Assembly (NCBI GenBank): GCA_049320885.1
Contig: JBMORA010000029.1
Coordinates: forward strand, 63,516 to 127,515
Source of the DNA: Thermodesulfobacteriota bacterium
Lineage (GTDB): Bacteria > Desulfobacterota > Desulfobacteria > Desulfobacterales > SURF-7
Length of the DNA: 64,000 bases
Direction of reading: 5' to 3'
Part shown: positions 60,220 through 64,000 of the stretch, piece after piece
Layout of the letters: each line of letters opens with the position of its first letter
Position numbering within the stretch: the first letter of the stretch is position 1
Notes under the pieces: generated by a model
The model's database searches: none
Seen by the model: only the letters and a program-made list of their open reading frames with translations
Told to the model about the DNA's origin: nothing
Position numbers and translations under genes: made by a program

Positions 60220-61134
60220 ATGTTACAGTTCGGAGCCGTTGAAAAAGTCTTATTGCCCGTCATGCTTGCCATCATCATGTTTGGAATGGGGATGGGGTTG
60301 ACCACCAGGGATTTCAGACGGATCAGCGAAACCCCGTTCCAAGTGCTGTTGGGCAGTTTCGGGCATTTCGTCATCATGCCCATCGCCGCCTGCTGTGTCG
60401 TGGTCTTGTTGCGGCTTCCCTTCGAACTGGCTCTCGGCGTCATGCTGGTAGGTTCCTGCCCGAGCGGCGCCACTTCCAACCTGATCAATTATCTGGCCAA
60501 GGGTGATGTCGCCCTGGCTGTCACCATCACCACTCTCTCGACACTGATCTGCCCTCTTTTCACCCCCCTGATCCTTTCCCTCTTTTCTTACATCATGGAT
60601 GTTCCTGGAAACGAAATCAGCATATCCTTCATCGAGATGATCAAATTAGTCCTCGTGATCATCGTCATCCCCATCAGCGTCGGCATGACGGTGCGGCGCT
60701 TTTACTACAAATTTTCTCTTGCCATCGAAAGACCATACAAAATTTTTTCATTGCTGTTTCTGGTGTTCGTCATTGTTTTCGTGATGCATAAAAATCGAAA
60801 CGAATTGTGGAACATGCTCGCTTTGGTGGGAACAGCCGTCGTGCTCCATAATATTCTGGGGTTTGCTCTCGGGTATTTCGTTCCAAGAATCCTGCGGGTG
60901 CCGGAAATCCAGTCACGAACCATCGCCATTGAAATGGCTATTCAGAATACAACCCTCGGCATGACCATAGCCGTGCAGTTTTTTCCGCCGGCCGTAGCGC
61001 TGCCGTCGGCGGTTTTCAGCATCTGGATGTACATGACCGGTCTGGCCATGGCCTATATCTGGGCGCGACGCCAACCATCCCTCCCGCTGCTTCAGAAGGA
61101 TGCGGCGGCCTTGTCCGTCGCCGCGGGCAAATGA
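60220..61134 (+). CDS. Bile acid:sodium symporter (BASS) family transporter
   Basis: MFGMGMGLT, CPSGATSN, TIAIEMAIQN. Confidence 0.92.
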   Translation: MLQFGAVEKVLLPVMLAIIMFGMGMGLTTRDFRRISETPFQVLLGSFGHFVIMPIAACCVVVLLRLPFELALGVMLVGSCPSGATSNLINYLAKGDVALAVTITTLSTLICPLFTPLILSLFSYIMDVPGNEISISFIEMIKLVLVIIVIPISVGMTVRRFYYKFSLAIERPYKIFSLLFLVFVIVFVMHKNRNELWNMLALVGTAVVLHNILGFALGYFVPRILRVPEIQSRTIAIEMAIQNTTLGMTIAVQFFPPAVALPSAVFSIWMYMTGLAMAYIWARRQPSLPLLQKDAAALSVAAGK

Positions 61135-61169
61135 TCCGAGGCAGTCAAAACGCTTTTTCATTAATTGAA

Positions 61170-61198
61170 TTGACACACCACCGCCCCTTGCATATACT
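61170..61198 (+). promoter_or_regulatory. Sigma70 promoter for the ACT gene and downstream ABC operon
   Basis: TTGACA, 17-nt spacer, TATACT. Confidence 0.65.
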
Positions 61199-61268
61199 CG
61201 GCTCTCAAAAAACGGTGCTGTTGTCCATACAATTATAATTTAAAGAAAAAACAAAGGCGGATATCCAA

Positions 61269-61700
61269 ATGAAAGTCAGACAGGTTTCGGTTTTCCTGGA
61301 AAACAGGTCCGGAAGGCTGGCCAAAATCACAACCGCGCTGGGAAATGCCGGCATCAACATCCGGGCCATGTCTCTTGCCGATACGTCGGATTTCGGAATT
61401 TTACGGATGGTGATGACGAATACGGAAAAAGCCGTGGCTTTGTTGAAAGAGCATGGATTCACCGTCCGCGTTACGGAAGTTCTCGCGGTCTCCATCCCGG
61501 ATATGCCGGGGGCTCTGGGAAACCTGTTGTCCATCATGGAAAACACCGGCTTGAACCTTGAATATGTATATGTATTCATACAAAAAAGTCCTGATGAGGC
61601 CGTACTGATTTTCCGGTTCGACGATCCGGACAGAGCCCTGAAGACGTTGCTTGAAAACGGTATCAACGTCCTTGATGAAAATGCCGTGCTGGGGATTTGA
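61269..61700 (+). CDS. Tandem ACT domain protein
   Basis: QVSVFLENRSGRL, INIRAMSLADT.DFGILR, DMPGAL. Confidence 0.9.
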   Translation: MKVRQVSVFLENRSGRLAKITTALGNAGINIRAMSLADTSDFGILRMVMTNTEKAVALLKEHGFTVRVTEVLAVSIPDMPGALGNLLSIMENTGLNLEYVYVFIQKSPDEAVLIFRFDDPDRALKTLLENGINVLDENAVLGI

Positions 61701-61809
61701 CAGGGTAAAACCGGGAAGTGGGATATCGCACGGGAGCCGCAAGTTTCACTTTTGGCTGAGGGTAATTACACTATTCAATCAACACCAAAATGCAGGGAGG
61801 GAAAGAGCC

Positions 61810-62961
61810 GTGAAAAAGAGGAGTTTACTTTTACTAGCTGCTGTAGCAGTGATCTGGGGGTTGACATCCGCGACGCATGCGATCAGCGGGGAATATCATG
61901 TGGGCTGCATCTTCTCCATCACCGGAAAAGCTTCCTGGCTTGGGGAACCTGAACGAAACACGGTGGAAATGATCGCCAAAAAGATCAACGCCGAAGGCGG
62001 GATCAACGGCAACAAACTGGTCCTGCATATCGAGGATGACCAGGGAGATAACACCCAGGCGGTGAATGCCGTCAACAAGTTGATCAAAAAAGACAAGGTT
62101 TGCGCGATCATTGGCCCCTCCACGAGCGGAACCAGCATGGCCATCCTTCCCATCGTTCAGGAAGCGCAAATTCCTTTGCTTTCCTGCGCGGGCGCCGCCG
62201 TCATTGTGGAACCGGTGAGCGAGCGCAAATGGGTTTTCAAGACTCCCCAGAAAGACAGCGATTGCGTTAAAAGGATATACGACCATATGATGGCCAAGGG
62301 GATTAAAGACATCGGCATCATCACCAGCACCAGCGGTTTCGGCGCCGCCGGAAGGGACCAGCTGAAGAAAATCGCTCAGGAATACGGCATCAATATCGCG
62401 GCGGATGAAACCTATGATCCGACCGCAACGGATATGACGGCCCAGCTGGTCAAAATCAAGAATTCAGGTGCCAAGGCAGTGGTAAACTGGTCCATCGAAC
62501 CGGCTCAGTCCATCGTCCCGCAGAACATGCAGCAGTTGAAAATGGCCTTCCCCCTTTATCAGAGCCACGGATTCGGGAACTTGAAATATGCCGAAGCAGC
62601 CGGTGAAGCCGGCAACGGTATCATTTTCCCGGCGGGCAGGTTGCTGGCGGTGGATACGGTGGCGGATGACCATCCCCAGAAAAAAGTGCTTGTGAACTAT
62701 CGCGACGAATATGAAAAAACTTACAAGGATAAAGTCAGCACCTTCGGCGGCCATGCATATGACGCCCTGTATATTTTATCCAGCGCCATGAAAACAGCCG
62801 GTAATAATCCGGCCAAGATCCGGGACGAAATCGAAAAGACGGAATTCATCGGCACCGCCGGAATATTCAAATTCTCGCCGACGGATCATTGCGGGTTGGA
62901 TAAGACCGCTTTTGAAATGCTGACCGTGCAGAACGGGAAATTCGTCGTGCTGAAGGAATAA
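61810..62961 (+). CDS. Liv-type ABC substrate-binding protein
   Basis: GTG start with signal peptide, INAEGGING, IIGPSTSG. Confidence 0.9.
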   Translation: MKKRSLLLLAAVAVIWGLTSATHAISGEYHVGCIFSITGKASWLGEPERNTVEMIAKKINAEGGINGNKLVLHIEDDQGDNTQAVNAVNKLIKKDKVCAIIGPSTSGTSMAILPIVQEAQIPLLSCAGAAVIVEPVSERKWVFKTPQKDSDCVKRIYDHMMAKGIKDIGIITSTSGFGAAGRDQLKKIAQEYGINIAADETYDPTATDMTAQLVKIKNSGAKAVVNWSIEPAQSIVPQNMQQLKMAFPLYQSHGFGNLKYAEAAGEAGNGIIFPAGRLLAVDTVADDHPQKKVLVNYRDEYEKTYKDKVSTFGGHAYDALYILSSAMKTAGNNPAKIRDEIEKTEFIGTAGIFKFSPTDHCGLDKTAFEMLTVQNGKFVVLKE

Positions 62962-63116
62962 GTCGGCACCCGAATTTTCTTCTGGGTTTCTTATTGTGTC
63001 CGTTGTCAATGGAGGCGATTGGGATCGTTGATTGACAGCGGACACTTTATGTCGGACTTATCGATCTTCAGCATCGATCCGGTATTCGATTTGAAACAAC
63101 CACATTGGCGGAAACC

Positions 63117-64000
63117 ATGACGGCAGGATCGCTTTCGGATATTCTTCAATTCATGTTCATGGGGTTGCAACGCGGCTGCATTTACGCCCTGGCGGCAATG
63201 GGGTTCAACATGATCTACAACGCCACCGGGATCATTAATTTTGCCCAGGGGGAATTCGTCGTTATCGGCGGTTTGATGATGGTGACGCTGACCATGACGG
63301 CGAATCTCCCCATCCCGGTTGCTTTTTTCCTGACGGTCCTATTCGTCACCATTGTCGGCATCGGCATGGAAAGGTTCACCATCAATCCGGTCAAGCATCC
63401 GTCGGTGTTACGACTGATCATCATCACCATCGCTGTCTCCATTATCATCAGGGGCGCGGCCATGTGTTTCTGGGGGAAAAACTCCCATTTCATGCGGCAC
63501 TTCTCAGGTTCGGCCCCCCTGGATTTCTATGGCGCCACCATTCTTCCCCAGACCCTCTGGATCATCGGCATCCTGCTGTGCATCGTGGCCGGATATGTCT
63601 ATTTTTTCAATTACACCATGACGGGAAAATGCATGCGGGCCTGCGCCATCAATCGTGACGCGGCCCGGCTGGCGGGCATCAACGACCGCAAAATGGTGAT
63701 GCTCTCCTTTGCCCTGTCGGCGGGAATCGGCGCCATTGCAGGCATCATCATCACGCCGATCATTCAAATGGATTATACCCGCGGGGCGCTGCTGGGCATC
63801 AAAGGGTTCGGGGCGGCGGTATTAGGAGGTCTCGGCAACAGCATGGGCGCCATCATCGCAGGCGTGCTGATCGGCCTGTTGGAAGCCTTGGCGGCCGGAT
63901 ACATTTCCTCCCATTATATGGATGCCATCGCCCTGATCATACTGCTGCTGGTTCTATTCGCGCGTCCCAGCGGCCTCTTTGGAAGTTCCGAAGCGATGAG
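63117..64000 (+). CDS. Liv-type ABC permease (LivH-like), running off the window end
   Basis: Translated by eye from ATG 63117: IYALAAMGFNMIYNATGIINFAQGEF...KGFGAAVLGGLG. Absent from the ORF track because there is no stop in the window. Confidence 0.88.
   Translation, partial: MTAGSLSDILQFMFMGLQRGCIYALAAMGFNMIYNATGIINFAQGEFVVIGGLMMVTLTMTANLPIPVAFFLTVLFVTIVGIGMERFTINPVKHPSVLRLIIITIAVSIIIRGAAMCFWGKNSHFMRHFSGSAPLDFYGATILPQTLWIIGILLCIVAGYVYFFNYTMTGKCMRACAINRDAARLAGINDRKMVMLSFALSAGIGAIAGIIITPIIQMDYTRGALLGIKGFGAAVLGGLGNSMGAIIAGVLIGLLEALAAGYISSHYMDAIALIILLLVLFARPSGLFGSSEAM

Noticed and set aside
1..64000. Genome-wide TAG reassignment
   Set aside because: Several genes end at TAG exactly at their expected C-termini (MCP EFERY, helicase, usp), so TAG works as a stop.

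Overview
64 kb of gene-dense bacterial chromosome. Gene content (class III tetraheme cytochrome c3, Liv-type ABC plus acyl-CoA ligase, HEAT-REC protein, stand-alone GlmU-like protein) points to a sulfate-reducing Desulfobacterota/Desulfobacterales-type organism; this is inference. I found no rRNA, tRNA, CRISPR array, transposase or integrase. Housekeeping blocks: xseA-xseB-ispA-dxs-tlyA, an EF-G paralog, glmU-like/glmM/pgi, clpS-clpA-aat, secA, folD. Accessory blocks: (1) an orphan ParB-like gene paired with a spore-photoproduct-lyase-like radical SAM gene; (2) a CheY-CheC-PAS/GGDEF cassette converging on a chemosensory cluster whose CheA carries tandem MshEN-like (c-di-GMP-binding) motifs, with an MrfA/MrfB-like helicase-exonuclease fusion inside the cluster; (3) a YdjI/YdjG-like SPFH plus zinc-ribbon pair split by an antisense cytochrome c3 gene; (4) an NlpC/P60-like gene divergent from a CHASE2 Ser/Thr kinase-PP2C-double-FHA module whose kinase and FHA protein share a T-M-V motif; (5) a putative fatty-acid uptake/activation operon ending in an alpha/beta hydrolase interrupted by one in-frame TAG. 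All calls rest on motif recognition by eye; no database searches were run.
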